A stretch of 47,182 nt of DNA from Nitrosopumilales archaeon (GCA_044507735.1 JBIQJB010000018.1:1-47182); one strand, 5' to 3'; positions 8,902 through 19,002 are shown, counted from the stretch's first letter. Made by a program: numbers and translations. The notes: generated by a model from the letters alone, not told the origin.

Positions 8902-9362
8902 AGTCTAGGCATTACGGCGAAGATACTCTTAATCTTCTTCAGAAATTGGATGTGGTCATCATATGGATCTGGCACTATGGATTCCTGAATCGGTCCATCC
9001 CGTTACGCAGCTGTGAAGGTGAATCGGAGAGAGGGCACCTGCAGGTTCGATGTATCGCAATTCAGACCGCATCGGCCACCAGAACAATGTCGAGATGGAG
9101 AGCGAGAGAACATGGCGGCAAGAAGCAGCTGCGTCAAGGCACTGACACAAGAACTTTCTATTGGGAGGCAAATTGAATGCTCTCACTGTTCTGAGTCAAA
9201 GCAGCCGAATAAGAGATTCAGAATGCAGTCAACTACAATAAGGTACGTTCACACCTCAGGACCAAGGCAGATATTACAGGACGAAAGAGGCCGCGCTTGT
9301 GACACATGATGACGGCAGTTCTCTCCAGATCTTTGACGTGCTGGACTTTACTGACCTGACCT
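8902..9362 (+). pseudogene. Possible eroded protein-L-isoaspartate O-methyltransferase (PIMT) remnant
   Basis: Frameshifted fragments in PIMT order: LGITAK, EIGCG, YAAVKVN, RNSDRIGHQNNVE, HDDG...DFTDL. Confidence 0.35.
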
Positions 9363-9512
9363 CTGCTGTACTGCAGCACCGTGTCTGAGTCATGGTGTTC
9401 GGTGTCAATATCGAGCAGTCGGTATCCGTATCTTCGAATACTAGTCTGGATATCAAAAGTAACCTTTAATTGAGCATCAGGTCAGCTTCCATATCGGACA
9501 AAGGCAAATCAA

Positions 9513-10670
9513 ATGTTGGGGTTCTTTTCATTTCTGTCACAGCTAGATGGTTTCTTTGGAGGCGACGGCGAGGCTTTCGACCCCAACAATCCGATGATGT
9601 GGATCTATATTATTTCTTTTGCCACCATCCCGATATTCATGATGTATGCGCAAAAGTTCCAGTCGCGCATGATTCTCGGAGAAATTTCAAAGTCGCTTGT
9701 AAAGCTGAAAACGATGAAGGAAGCTGCCCGCAAGGAAGCGGTGGATTATGTCAGAGGGATAGTGAAAAATTCTCCTAACGACCCTGCAACTGGAGTTGAT
9801 AGGTTCTTGGAATATTTTACAATAATGCCCGTAGATCTTGACCCAACAGGAATAGTTCGCAAACTGGATCATATCATGAGGGTCAGGGATGACCGATTGC
9901 GCTCCGAGATCAAAAAATTGTGTGCAGGGGCAAACGATCAGGAAATCTCGAAAGTGGAGAACTTGCTTGAGGCAGCCAGTGCTCTTAACATGATCTACAA
10001 GATCGTGCGCCACTTTTACCTCATGGGAAAGCGCACTTCAAGCGTATTTGTACTGGTACAACTTCAGATGGTGATGCCCTTATTACTTGAAGAAGCAGAA
10101 GCTCTTCAAAAAGCAATGTCTGCCTTCAAGCGCGGCCAGCCTATAGGCGACGGCATAGGGCCTATGATAGTGGGCAAGATGATGCTCGGAAAGGAGAAAA
10201 AATTGGCTGCAAGGGAAACTGTCTATAGTGAAGATGAATACAAGGGCAGAAAAGTCTACCTGCTCAAGGCCGAAGGTCCTGCTGGGACGGTTGGTAGACC
10301 GGGGGAGGCAATAACCCGACTTGCAGGAGACATGGGGATAAAGATAGATGCAATAGTCATGATAGACGCAGCGCTCAAACTTGAAGGAGAAAAGACAGGG
10401 GAAGTTGCGGAGGGAATAGGGGCAGCAATAGGAGGTATTGGCGTAGAAAAGTACCAGATAGAGGAGGTAGCCACCCAAATGCAGATACCAGTTTACGCAG
10501 TGATTGTAAAACAGTCGGTACAAGACGCAATAACGCTTATGCGCAAGGAAATAGCTGACTCATTTGAGAAGGTAACGGACACAGTTTATTCAATAATAGA
10601 GGACAAGACACTCGAAGGTCAGACAGTCCTGATTATAGGAGTTGGGAACACAATGGGGGTAGGCCAGTAG
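9513..10670 (+). CDS. DUF1512 family protein
   Basis: PVDLDPTG, PIGDGIGP, IDAALKLEGE, GAAIGG and GVGNTMGVGQ motifs; N-terminal TM helix; next to map as in other archaea. Confidence 0.88.
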   Translation: MLGFFSFLSQLDGFFGGDGEAFDPNNPMMWIYIISFATIPIFMMYAQKFQSRMILGEISKSLVKLKTMKEAARKEAVDYVRGIVKNSPNDPATGVDRFLEYFTIMPVDLDPTGIVRKLDHIMRVRDDRLRSEIKKLCAGANDQEISKVENLLEAASALNMIYKIVRHFYLMGKRTSSVFVLVQLQMVMPLLLEEAEALQKAMSAFKRGQPIGDGIGPMIVGKMMLGKEKKLAARETVYSEDEYKGRKVYLLKAEGPAGTVGRPGEAITRLAGDMGIKIDAIVMIDAALKLEGEKTGEVAEGIGAAIGGIGVEKYQIEEVATQMQIPVYAVIVKQSVQDAITLMRKEIADSFEKVTDTVYSIIEDKTLEGQTVLIIGVGNTMGVGQ

Positions 10671-10674
10671 TAAG

Positions 10675-10878
10675 ATGCTTTTTGGCAAGAAAAAGAAGGA
10701 AATCGTACCTGATGTGTATTCGGAGGATACTTGCAATTCTTGCGGCGAAAAGACGCGGCGGACATTTAGGGAAGGGGACTACGTTTACGGTCGGGGTGAT
10801 CTCTGCAAGAAGTGCTCTTCTGCCGACACGCTCGTCACCGCCGTTTACGGTGAGTATCCACCAGAAGGCAAGCACTAG
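10675..10878 (+). CDS. Small Zn-ribbon protein
   Basis: CNSC...R.F.EGDYV...CKKC; directly downstream of the DUF1512 gene. Confidence 0.8.
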   Translation: MLFGKKKKEIVPDVYSEDTCNSCGEKTRRTFREGDYVYGRGDLCKKCSSADTLVTAVYGEYPPEGKH

Positions 10879-11768
10879 AGCGTAATCACGTTTACAATGG
10901 AATCCGTCGGGATTAGCGTGTGTTCTGCCTGAACTACTATTTTCTCTTTGCCCTCGACAAGTATTGGATAAGCATGCACGTTCTTCTTCTTTATCAGCAC
11001 ATCCATCAGCCTCCGCAGGTCTCTTTCATCATACTTATCGGTGAGCCAACGTAACGCAAATGGCAGAGTCTTAAATCTGCTCCAGATAAGCTCCAAGAGC
11101 TCGTCAGCCTCTTTCTCTTTTACCGGCTTCCTAGAAGTTATTCCAAAGATGTTCTTTGTTTTTCCTTCATAAACAACTCCCTGGCCGTCCCTTGTAGTGA
11201 CGAACGGTTCTATCGCATACGCTTCATTTGGTTGCAGAGCAAAAGATGATCCAATGGTCCAGATGTTGGGTATGGACTTGCCTGCATGGATGGTGTACTG
11301 CTGGAGCGAGTGACCGCTTAGGTTCTGAATTGGTCTGAAGCCAAATTTTTTAATCGTAGCTTCTATCATTCTGCCAATGTCACTTGCCTTTGTGTTGGCC
11401 TTGGCAATCCGTACAGCTTCACCAAGAGCTGCTTCAGCTGCCATTACCAGACCTTCGTACTTTGGATCGTAACAGACGGTCACAGCCGTGTCAGCAATGT
11501 AACCATCAATATGGACACCTATGTCTATCTTGAGAACATCTCCTTCCTTGACGACAATGATGTCGTTGGGCTCTGCGGTATAGTGAGCAGCGATTTCGTT
11601 GAGACTGGTATTGACGGGGAATGCCGGCTGCGCATCCATGCTTCTGATCTGGCCTTCGATGGATTCGCAGATTTCAAATAGCGTTGAGCCCACATGGTAC
11701 TTTTTGCGGGCATCTTCTCTAACCTTCGCCGCTATCTTGCCGGCCCGTAGATAGCTGTCAAAATTCAT
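10875..11768 (-). CDS. map: Methionine aminopeptidase type II
   Basis: AAHYT, KIDIGVHIDGYIADTA, NLSGH, AIEPF and QAEHT metal-ligand motifs. Confidence 0.96.
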   Translation of the reverse strand: MNFDSYLRAGKIAAKVREDARKKYHVGSTLFEICESIEGQIRSMDAQPAFPVNTSLNEIAAHYTAEPNDIIVVKEGDVLKIDIGVHIDGYIADTAVTVCYDPKYEGLVMAAEAALGEAVRIAKANTKASDIGRMIEATIKKFGFRPIQNLSGHSLQQYTIHAGKSIPNIWTIGSSFALQPNEAYAIEPFVTTRDGQGVVYEGKTKNIFGITSRKPVKEKEADELLELIWSRFKTLPFALRWLTDKYDERDLRRLMDVLIKKKNVHAYPILVEGKEKIVVQAEHTLIPTDSIVNVITL

Positions 11769-11905
11769 CGGTTCATATTCTTGTGCACATAGTGATTATA
11801 TAGAGATTGTGCGGCATGCCGGCTTTAAGGAATGTTCGGTATGCTTTCTTCTGGTACAACTTCTTAATCTGTTATAAGCTATCGTGCATAATGATCTATG
11901 CAAAC

Positions 11906-12106
11906 ATGGATCACAACCGCGAACACATGACGAGCATTCTTGAGAAGTGCAAGAATGAGCTAGATCTCGACAAACGAATTGAATTGCTGTACGCGATAAA
12001 CAAGATGCTGCCTGAATCAAGGCGACTCAGGATACCGTCGCTTATAACAAAGGACTATGTCTATCAGGCAATCTACCGGATAGAAGAAATGCTGATGGTC
12101 GCATAA
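11906..12106 (+). CDS. Small hypothetical protein
   Basis: Helical 66-aa product (IPSLITKDYV...IEE); ATG at 11906 preferred over the ORF-track start 11807. Confidence 0.6.
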   Translation: MDHNREHMTSILEKCKNELDLDKRIELLYAINKMLPESRRLRIPSLITKDYVYQAIYRIEEMLMVA

Positions 12107-12591
12107 CGAGGCTTCCCTTTGAACTATGTTTTTGATAAAGTGTGATTAGGGTCTGAGCATAATTCGGCACCGTTCTCCTCCCTTCTTTATTCCTGCTTCA
12201 TCAGCCGCTTCCAATCGAGTACATCGAAGATGTTAGATTGTTCCGATTGTTGCCCGTCTTACGGCAGTTGGAGCATCTGGTGTAAACACTCAGGTTGCAC
12301 TTTGCAGAGCGTCTACCGCTACTAAACGCACTAGCCGCATGCTACAAGAGGGTCATCCTCATCAGATACTCAGTTTCGATATGGGCTCCATATGCGACTC
12401 CGCAGATCTCACCATAGAAAGATAAATAGCCTGCCTCATGTCGAATTCGCAGAATTGCGTCTGCTGTCGCCTCTCAGCTTGACTTTACTCGTGCTTCTGC
12501 ATCGGACAGACAAAGGGCAAATTGTTGGGATATTTCTGCTATGTACATCCTCACTGGTCAGTATGCCCAAGATCACAAGGCTGCGCGAAAT

Positions 12592-12729
12592 ATGCAGACA
12601 TGTTTTGCATGCTGCAGAAGCTGTAATGATGTGCCTGTCATCATCGCTTACGAAGCAAATAACAACCTTCTCTTGTGTGTTGGCTGTGCTACTCGATACC
12701 GGAAAATCGTGCAAAATGTGTACAAGTAA
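12592..12729 (+). CDS. Putative small Zn-finger protein (45 aa)
   Basis: MQTCFACCRSC...LCVGCATRY, with two CxxC pairs; stop abuts the convergent protease stop; alternative start 12541. Confidence 0.5.
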   Translation: MQTCFACCRSCNDVPVIIAYEANNNLLLCVGCATRYRKIVQNVYK

Positions 12730-12734
12730 AACGG

Positions 12735-13415
12735 CTAATCAAAGCCATCATTGCCATACATGTTCACAAGAGTTTCAAGCTCCAGTGTGGTTATGGGCAG
12801 CTGGTCGTTCTCTTCCCAATAGTCAAACTGAGGAGACATCAGGTAACCTTTCAGAGACTGCATGTGGCGAAGCCCGAGAACGTGTCCGACTTCATGCACT
12901 GCAGAATTTCTGAAAGCATATCCCGGCAGGTCTATCTCTGTCTCACCATCGCCGTGCAGAACTCTTGGCGCAAGATAAACTCTTGCGTCGAGGTCTCCGC
13001 CGCCCTCTGTAAACCTAACTGCTGTATATGCTCCTGTCTGAGCCGGATAATCTGGAAAGTCTTTGTATGTGTCATAGATGTAGAACTTCACATCACAGGC
13101 TTCCATCTCTGCCTCTGAATTCACGTAACGCGCAGTAAAATTCCATGCAGCATGATTATCTGTATATTCCTGTAAAGCCTGTCTCCACTCTTGTACGGCC
13201 AATTTTGTCCAAACGTAATATGAGTTCTTTACGCCTTCCTCCTTGAATATGCAGCCTTTGATGTCTCCTTGTTCCCATCTGTAGGATGCCGTCGGAATGG
13301 AGGTCTCGCTAAAATCAGATTGCTCCTCATAATAGCTGGCACCAAACACTGCAGAAAATTGAATAACGATTAGGAATCCAGTAGCTAATGCAAAGAGTGA
13401 AGCCTTACGGCGCAT
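12735..13415 (-). CDS. Secreted matrixin/M10-like zinc metalloprotease
   Basis: Signal-peptide-like N-terminus, HEVGHVLGLRH metzincin motif and Met-turn (LMSP). Confidence 0.88.
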   Translation of the reverse strand: MRRKASLFALATGFLIVIQFSAVFGASYYEEQSDFSETSIPTASYRWEQGDIKGCIFKEEGVKNSYYVWTKLAVQEWRQALQEYTDNHAAWNFTARYVNSEAEMEACDVKFYIYDTYKDFPDYPAQTGAYTAVRFTEGGGDLDARVYLAPRVLHGDGETEIDLPGYAFRNSAVHEVGHVLGLRHMQSLKGYLMSPQFDYWEENDQLPITTLELETLVNMYGNDGFD

Positions 13416-13416
13416 T

Positions 13417-13758
13417 TCAAATTACTACTTTGTCATCTTTGTCCAGGGTTGCAATGTTGAATGCTTGTTCTATAGTTGATACAAACACTACACCATCGCC
13501 GTGTTCACCAGTTCTTGCCGATTCTATCACTGCCTGAACGGTCTTGTCAACCTGCTCGTCGGGAACGACTATCTCAAACTTGACCTTTGGAAGAAGGTCA
13601 TAGGCGACCGGCTGACCTCGCCATTGAAGGTGGAGCTCTCGCAGCTTGCTCCAGCCAGATACCGTCGAAATTGTCATACCTCCAATTCCAATCTGCCTCA
13701 GCTTTTCCTTGACCACCGGCATCCTCTCAGACCTGACTATTGCCTCTACCTTTTTCAT
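13417..13758 (-). CDS. P-II family nitrogen-regulatory protein (non-canonical)
   Basis: MKKVEAIVR, GIGGMT, LLPKVKFEIVV and ARTGEHGDG align with GlnB/GlnK; start at MKKV preferred (ORF open from 13785). Confidence 0.9.
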   Translation of the reverse strand: MKKVEAIVRSERMPVVKEKLRQIGIGGMTISTVSGWSKLRELHLQWRGQPVAYDLLPKVKFEIVVPDEQVDKTVQAVIESARTGEHGDGVVFVSTIEQAFNIATLDKDDKVVI

Positions 13759-13855
13759 CTGCTTCTTTGAGAGATTCCTGCCCATAAATTGTTATTGTTC
13801 GTTGGGTTTCTACCAAAAATGCTTTTTAAATCGCTATAGCGGAGCTAACTAGTAC

Positions 13856-15685
13856 TTGACCAATAGGAAATTCGTACTTGACACCAGCATAATCATTGAC
13901 GGAGAAATTACAAAGATGCTTGAAACAGGCAGCATCGAAGAAGGAAGCGAAATCATCATCCCTCTGGCTGTGCTCGATGAGCTCCAGTCACAGGCATCAA
14001 CGAACAAGGAGCATGGCTTTGTAGGGCTTGAAGAGATAAAGAAAATGAGAGAGCTCGCATCCAAGAAGAAGATCGCAATAACATTTGTCGGCCAACGGCC
14101 CGACCTCAATGATATCCGGCTAGCCAAGCATGGCAGGATTGACGCGATAATCAAGGATGTTGCTATGCAGGAATCTGCCACCCTGATCACTGCAGACTAT
14201 GTGCAGGCTCTGGTAGCAGAAGTTCAGGGCATTAAGGCGATGCACATACGCGCTCCCGCCAAAACCGCCGACCTAGAGTTTGAGAAATTCTTTGACGAGT
14301 CTACGATGAGCGTGCACCTGAAGGAAGGGACATATCCTATGGCAAAGAGGGGCAAACCCGGTGACTTTCAGCTTGTAAAGATTGGTGAAGAAAAGAGCAC
14401 ATATGACCAGCTCTCTAACATTATAAAGGAAGTCTCTGAGGCAAGCAGGATAACTCACACTGGATCAGTCGAAATTAGCAGGAGTGGTGCAACAGTCATC
14501 CAGTTTGGAAATTTTAGGATCGCCATAACAAGACCTCCATTTTCCGACGGCCTTGAAGTTACAATAGTCAGACCGATGGTGAGGCTTGTTCTTGCTGACT
14601 ATCAGGCAAGCGAAAAATTGATGGAGCGGCTCTCTGGCAAGGCAGAAGGAATAATCATCGCGGGGCCGCCTGGATCCGGAAAGAGCACACTAGCAAGTAG
14701 CTTGGCACGCTTTTACGTAGAAAAGGGCAAGATAGTCAAGACATTCGAATCTCCACGCGACTTGCAGGTACCTGAAGAGGTCACCCAGTATGGTCCGCTC
14801 GAAGGTAGTTTTGAAAAAGCAGTCGACATCCTGCTTCTTGTCAGGCCTGACTATACCATCTTTGACGAGGTAAGAAGAAGACAGGACTTTGAAGTGTTTG
14901 CCGATATGCGCCTTGCAGGGGTCGGGATGGTCGGAGTCGTGCATGCAAGCAGTCCGCTCGACGCGATCCAACGATTCATGGGCCGGGTGGAGCTTGGCAT
15001 GATCCCCCACATACTCGACACGATAATCTTTGTGCGGGATGGTGGCATAAAGAAAGTTTACGAGCTAAGCCTGACAGTTAAGGTCCCTACAGGAATGACC
15101 GAAGAAGATCTTGCAAGGCCGCTTGTCGAAGTGCGCGACTTTGAAACCGGGACAATAGAGTACGAGATCTATACGTTCGGAGAAGAAAACGTGGTAGTCC
15201 CGGTAGGCAAGCTTGCAGGCAGTCGTCAGTCAGCAAGTGGCGTACGCAAACTGGCACAGTCAAAGATAATGGACGTTGTACGGAGATTCGACCCGCACGC
15301 CGAAGTGAACGTAATTTCGGACAACCGGGTTCAGGTGAAGGTGAGCAAAGAAGCTGCGCCTCGCATCATAGGGAAGGGCGGTACCACGGTCTCGGAGCTG
15401 GAAGAAATGCTTGGAGTAAAGATAGACATAGAAGCCAAGATCCCAACGCTTGGAAAGGAAATCGACTTTGACATAAGCGAAAGTGGATCGGCGGTAAACA
15501 TTCTTGTTGACGACGAAGTGGTGGGAAGGACAATCGATGTCTATGTTGAAGATGAGTATATACTAAGCAGCCAGGTGGGGAAGAAGGCTCGAGTTAAAAT
15601 CGACAAGCGGAGCGAATCAGGTAAAAAGATCGTGAATGCAATTATCGGAGGGCAGGAAATCAAGGTCTTCTTGAGCAGGCGCTAG
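13856..15685 (+). CDS. PINc/VapC-family ATPase with KH domain (PINA / MJ1533 family)
   Basis: N-terminal PIN domain (VLDTS), Walker A GPPGSGKS, DEVR, GVVH and KH motif IIGKGG. Confidence 0.93.
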   Translation: MTNRKFVLDTSIIIDGEITKMLETGSIEEGSEIIIPLAVLDELQSQASTNKEHGFVGLEEIKKMRELASKKKIAITFVGQRPDLNDIRLAKHGRIDAIIKDVAMQESATLITADYVQALVAEVQGIKAMHIRAPAKTADLEFEKFFDESTMSVHLKEGTYPMAKRGKPGDFQLVKIGEEKSTYDQLSNIIKEVSEASRITHTGSVEISRSGATVIQFGNFRIAITRPPFSDGLEVTIVRPMVRLVLADYQASEKLMERLSGKAEGIIIAGPPGSGKSTLASSLARFYVEKGKIVKTFESPRDLQVPEEVTQYGPLEGSFEKAVDILLLVRPDYTIFDEVRRRQDFEVFADMRLAGVGMVGVVHASSPLDAIQRFMGRVELGMIPHILDTIIFVRDGGIKKVYELSLTVKVPTGMTEEDLARPLVEVRDFETGTIEYEIYTFGEENVVVPVGKLAGSRQSASGVRKLAQSKIMDVVRRFDPHAEVNVISDNRVQVKVSKEAAPRIIGKGGTTVSELEEMLGVKIDIEAKIPTLGKEIDFDISESGSAVNILVDDEVVGRTIDVYVEDEYILSSQVGKKARVKIDKRSESGKKIVNAIIGGQEIKVFLSRR

Positions 15686-16182
15686 GAGAGTCCTGCGAGC
15701 CCTTGGCTTTTCACTAGCTTGATAAATTCCTCAAGCTTTTTCAGGGTCTCTGGGTGTAGGTGGTGCTCTATTCCTTCAGCGTCCCTGTTGGCCGTGTCTT
15801 CATCCACTCCTATCATCCTTAGAAAATCCGCCAGAACCCCGTGCCTGTCGTGAATGTTCTTCGCCACAATCATACCCGACTCAGTCAGGCTGATGCCGCG
15901 ATATTTTTCATAGTTGACGTGACCGCTTTCGTTGAGCCTCTGGAGCATCTTGGTTACGCTGGGAGAGCTGACGTTGAGGTAATTGGAGATGTCCACAGTG
16001 GTAGCATATCCCTTTTGCTCAATCAATTCGTAAATAACCTCAAGGTAATCCTCCATGCGGGTCGTCCTGCCCATCTTTTGCGCATTGTGGGCATCTCTGA
16101 TGGATTCTAGGCGGTTTCCGGAAGGTTCGGAATTGGCCTTTGATTTCCTAACCAATTGCGATAGCTCCGCGGTTCCAAGCAA
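15682..16182 (-). CDS. DtxR/MntR-family metal-dependent transcriptional regulator (MntR-like)
   Basis: MEDYLEVIY, HTH VSSPSVTKML, LTESG, RH and DAEGIEHH. Confidence 0.92.
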   Translation of the reverse strand: MLGTAELSQLVRKSKANSEPSGNRLESIRDAHNAQKMGRTTRMEDYLEVIYELIEQKGYATTVDISNYLNVSSPSVTKMLQRLNESGHVNYEKYRGISLTESGMIVAKNIHDRHGVLADFLRMIGVDEDTANRDAEGIEHHLHPETLKKLEEFIKLVKSQGLAGLS

Positions 16183-16259
16183 TAAATATTGTTGCCAAGA
16201 CCTGGATTTTCAAGGTCACTATCAATAAATAGTCACAGTGCTCAAAAAACACTAGTTAC

Positions 16260-17060
16260 TTGGATCTCGTAATCTCTGCTCCGCGACTGCGGCAGCTGTT
16301 GGGCAGTAGGAATCTGCTTTTGGTAGACACTCGGACTTTCTCAAGTTACGCCGAGTCACATATTCCCGGTGCGGTCAATATCGATCTTATGCAGTTTCAC
16401 TGGCTAGATACCTCGAAGCAGGGCATAGAGCAGTTCAACAAGCAGTCCAAGCTGCTGCTTTCAAACATCGGGGTCTCAAGGAACAAGTTTGTTGTGTTTT
16501 ACGACGATGTCTCCGGGTCGTCTGCGGCAAGAGGAGTGTGGTTGCTCCTGTACTTTTCACACGACAAAGTTGCCATGCTAGATGGTGGTCTTAACAACTG
16601 GAAAGCACTCGGCTTCAAGACTGAAACCAAGACCAATCCTTTTTTGCACTCAAGATTTGATGGAAAGCCCAATCCTAAGATTCTGGCCGACTTTTCAAGG
16701 CTCAAGTCGGCCATGATGAAGAAAAATTCGGTCATTGTAGATGCACGGTCAAAGGAAGAGTATAATGGCTCGACAATCAGGGCAGCTCGAGCAGGTCACA
16801 TTCCCACTGCCATCAACATCGACTGGCACGACAATCTGGAACGGGATCTCTTCAAAAATCCTCGGATTCTGCAAGAGATGTACTCCAACATCCCGAAAGA
16901 GGCCGAAGTGATTACATACTGTCAGGGCGGCTACCGAGCAGCCAACACTTTTGTAGTGCTGAAGATGCTTGGGTTTAAAAATGTGCGCATGTATCTTGGT
17001 TCTTGGGGAGAATGGGGAAACAGGCCGGACCTTCCTGTAGAAAAGTCTAGCCATAAATGA
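16260..17060 (+). CDS. Thiosulfate/3-mercaptopyruvate sulfurtransferase (double rhodanese)
   Basis: HIPGAV, LDGG, GHIPTA, catalytic YCQGGYRAA and YLGSWGEW. Confidence 0.93.
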   Translation: MDLVISAPRLRQLLGSRNLLLVDTRTFSSYAESHIPGAVNIDLMQFHWLDTSKQGIEQFNKQSKLLLSNIGVSRNKFVVFYDDVSGSSAARGVWLLLYFSHDKVAMLDGGLNNWKALGFKTETKTNPFLHSRFDGKPNPKILADFSRLKSAMMKKNSVIVDARSKEEYNGSTIRAARAGHIPTAINIDWHDNLERDLFKNPRILQEMYSNIPKEAEVITYCQGGYRAANTFVVLKMLGFKNVRMYLGSWGEWGNRPDLPVEKSSHK

Positions 17061-17952
17061 AATCCGAGCTTGTTTTGAGCAACTGCTTGTTTTTCAAAAA
17101 GTAGCAGGTTGTCACCCTGCGCCTTTGTGCTAGTTTCAAGATCAAGCATTGCATAAAGAAAGTCGATCGCATCAATAATCTAATACCTCTTTCTCGTTTG
17201 AAGGCGACATGAACTGATGAGAATCCTTCCCTTCGCAATCTCTGATCTAACTGCTTGTTCTCCATCACAATCAAATTGTCAGCCTCCTTGAGGCTAAAGA
17301 GAGGGGAATGGCAAAATTCCTCAGCGGGGTACGCGAACGCCTTCATGCCGAAAACTTCGCTAAATTTTAGAGCGCCGTAAATTGCCACAGGATAACAGAT
17401 TCCGTCGCCAAGAATAAAGCATGTGTCTTTGCCTATCTTGCTGACAGTCTTTTCTGCTTGAACCTCTGACTCCCTATAGATTCTTCCTAGGTCCCCCGGC
17501 AGCGATATTCTTGTGGCAAGCGAAGCGCATGCGAGCATGCTGGAGCTAAAGCTGATCGTCCCAGAAGTAGTGATGCCAGTACTTCTGTATTGCAATTCGA
17601 TTACCTGTTGACATTCTTTGGCAAGCCTGCTCGCCGGCCTTGCAGTGATCGCCAGGGTGGGTGCGCCTTTTCTTCTGGCAATTCTGGCCGCAAGGATGTT
17701 TGCCTTTGTATTTCCAGAGATTGAAACGAAACATACGTTACGGCCTTCTACTATGGATGGGTTTTGAATTATGTCTGTTGGATAACAGCATAGTGCGCGG
17801 CCTGCAGAAATGTACTGAGCGACAAATCCTGCGACATATGAATCGCCAGAGCCCACGAAAAGGCAATTCCTCTTGACATGTGGCAATTTCTGCTTTTTCA
17901 GGTCCTGTAGCTGAAATTCTATCTCCACGCGCATAGCTTCTACAGAGTTCAC
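17047..17952 (-). CDS. SIS-domain sugar isomerase/aminotransferase-like protein
   Basis: GSGDS, SISGNT, ALKFSE and EEFCHSP; two SIS domains. Confidence 0.85.
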   Translation of the reverse strand: MNSVEAMRVEIEFQLQDLKKQKLPHVKRNCLFVGSGDSYVAGFVAQYISAGRALCCYPTDIIQNPSIVEGRNVCFVSISGNTKANILAARIARRKGAPTLAITARPASRLAKECQQVIELQYRSTGITTSGTISFSSSMLACASLATRISLPGDLGRIYRESEVQAEKTVSKIGKDTCFILGDGICYPVAIYGALKFSEVFGMKAFAYPAEEFCHSPLFSLKEADNLIVMENKQLDQRLRREGFSSVHVAFKRERGIRLLMRSTFFMQCLILKLAQRRRVTTCYFLKNKQLLKTSSDFIYG

Positions 17953-17991
17953 AAGACACAGGATTCACGGGTCTTCTAAAAAAGTTTGAAG

Positions 17992-18969
17992 TCAAAACTT
18001 GTCCTTAGACAGCTTCTTGGCCTTGATATAGTCAACAAAGTAGACTAGATAAGCGCGTTCGTTCATCTTCAGTATCCACGGGATGAACGATTCGGCCTTG
18101 CTGCTCTTCTCGCTTATCTCGAAGCCAGAATTCTCTACGAGCCTCCTGAAAGATTGTCCGTCGTAGGTTATTCTTGGTACTGGGTCGCGGTTATAGTCGT
18201 ACGGATCGACGATCACGAGGTCGCTATGTGGCCTTAGAAGCCTGTGAGCGGACGCAAGGAGCTTGTCGGTATCTACAAGCTCAAGCAGGTTCAGTGCAAG
18301 TATTAGGTCAAACTTACCTAGATTGAATGGAGCGTTTAGCGAATCTGCTACACAGAACTCGACGTTCCCGCGCTTGGCTTCGTACATCCTTTTTCTGGCT
18401 TCTTTGATAAACGAAAACGATAGATCGATCCCTATGGCAAAGGCGTACTTTTGTGCAATGAGTATCGTGCTGTAGCCCATGGAGCAACCCATGTCAAGCG
18501 CGACGCCGTTCATCTTGGGGTTGATAGAGTGAACTACGCGGTTGTATACCTCGTTTGGCTTGAGCCTCCACCTGAGCAACTTAAGTAGTCTGTCTTCAGT
18601 AGAGTGCTCATATTGCGTCCACCTGTATGGAACAAACCAGCTACCTCCTTCCTCGTACCTGTCGTCGTTAATGGTGTCCGGTGACAGCTTTGAGCCGCTT
18701 TCCTTGAGGAATTCCTTCATCTCCTTTGTCTGGCTTTCGAGCAGCCACTTGCCGTAGGTCCGCGCCCTGCCAGCCGCATAAGAGGAAAAGTCTTTGACGA
18801 CTATTGCCACACCCTGTATGATTGGATAGGATGTGCCGCATTCTTTGCACCGCAGAAAGCCTTCGGTGCATTCGTTAGCTCCGTTCATTATCAGGGCTTC
18901 AAGGCTGAGCCGTATCTGCTTGTCAGCATGCTGCAGGCAAATAAGATGGGGCGCAAACTGGACTTTCAT
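17992..18969 (-). CDS. SAM-dependent methyltransferase with N-terminal Trm112-like Zn ribbon
   Basis: LICLQH...[20 protein letters not shown]-domain; [13 protein letters not shown] and FDLI motifs. Confidence 0.85.
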   Translation of the reverse strand: MKVQFAPHLICLQHADKQIRLSLEALIMNGANECTEGFLRCKECGTSYPIIQGVAIVVKDFSSYAAGRARTYGKWLLESQTKEMKEFLKESGSKLSPDTINDDRYEEGGSWFVPYRWTQYEHSTEDRLLKLLRWRLKPNEVYNRVVHSINPKMNGVALDMGCSMGYSTILIAQKYAFAIGIDLSFSFIKEARKRMYEAKRGNVEFCVADSLNAPFNLGKFDLILALNLLELVDTDKLLASAHRLLRPHSDLVIVDPYDYNRDPVPRITYDGQSFRRLVENSGFEISEKSSKAESFIPWILKMNERAYLVYFVDYIKAKKLSKDKF

Positions 18970-19002
18970 GATTGGATATCGAGCGTGGACCTCATATAAA
19001 TA

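Noticed and set aside
12130-12540. Minus-strand fragment KCNLSVYTRCSNC suggesting a Zn-ribbon gene, and the 173-aa ORF at 12392
   Set aside because: No start codon in frame and upstream stops for the fragment; the long ORF overlaps the protease antisense and has no recognisable motif
13856-15685. PIN domain plus ATPase as a toxin-antitoxin or secretion/defence system
   Set aside because: Architecture is that of the conserved archaeal PINA Holliday-junction ATPase; no antitoxin or pilus genes adjacent
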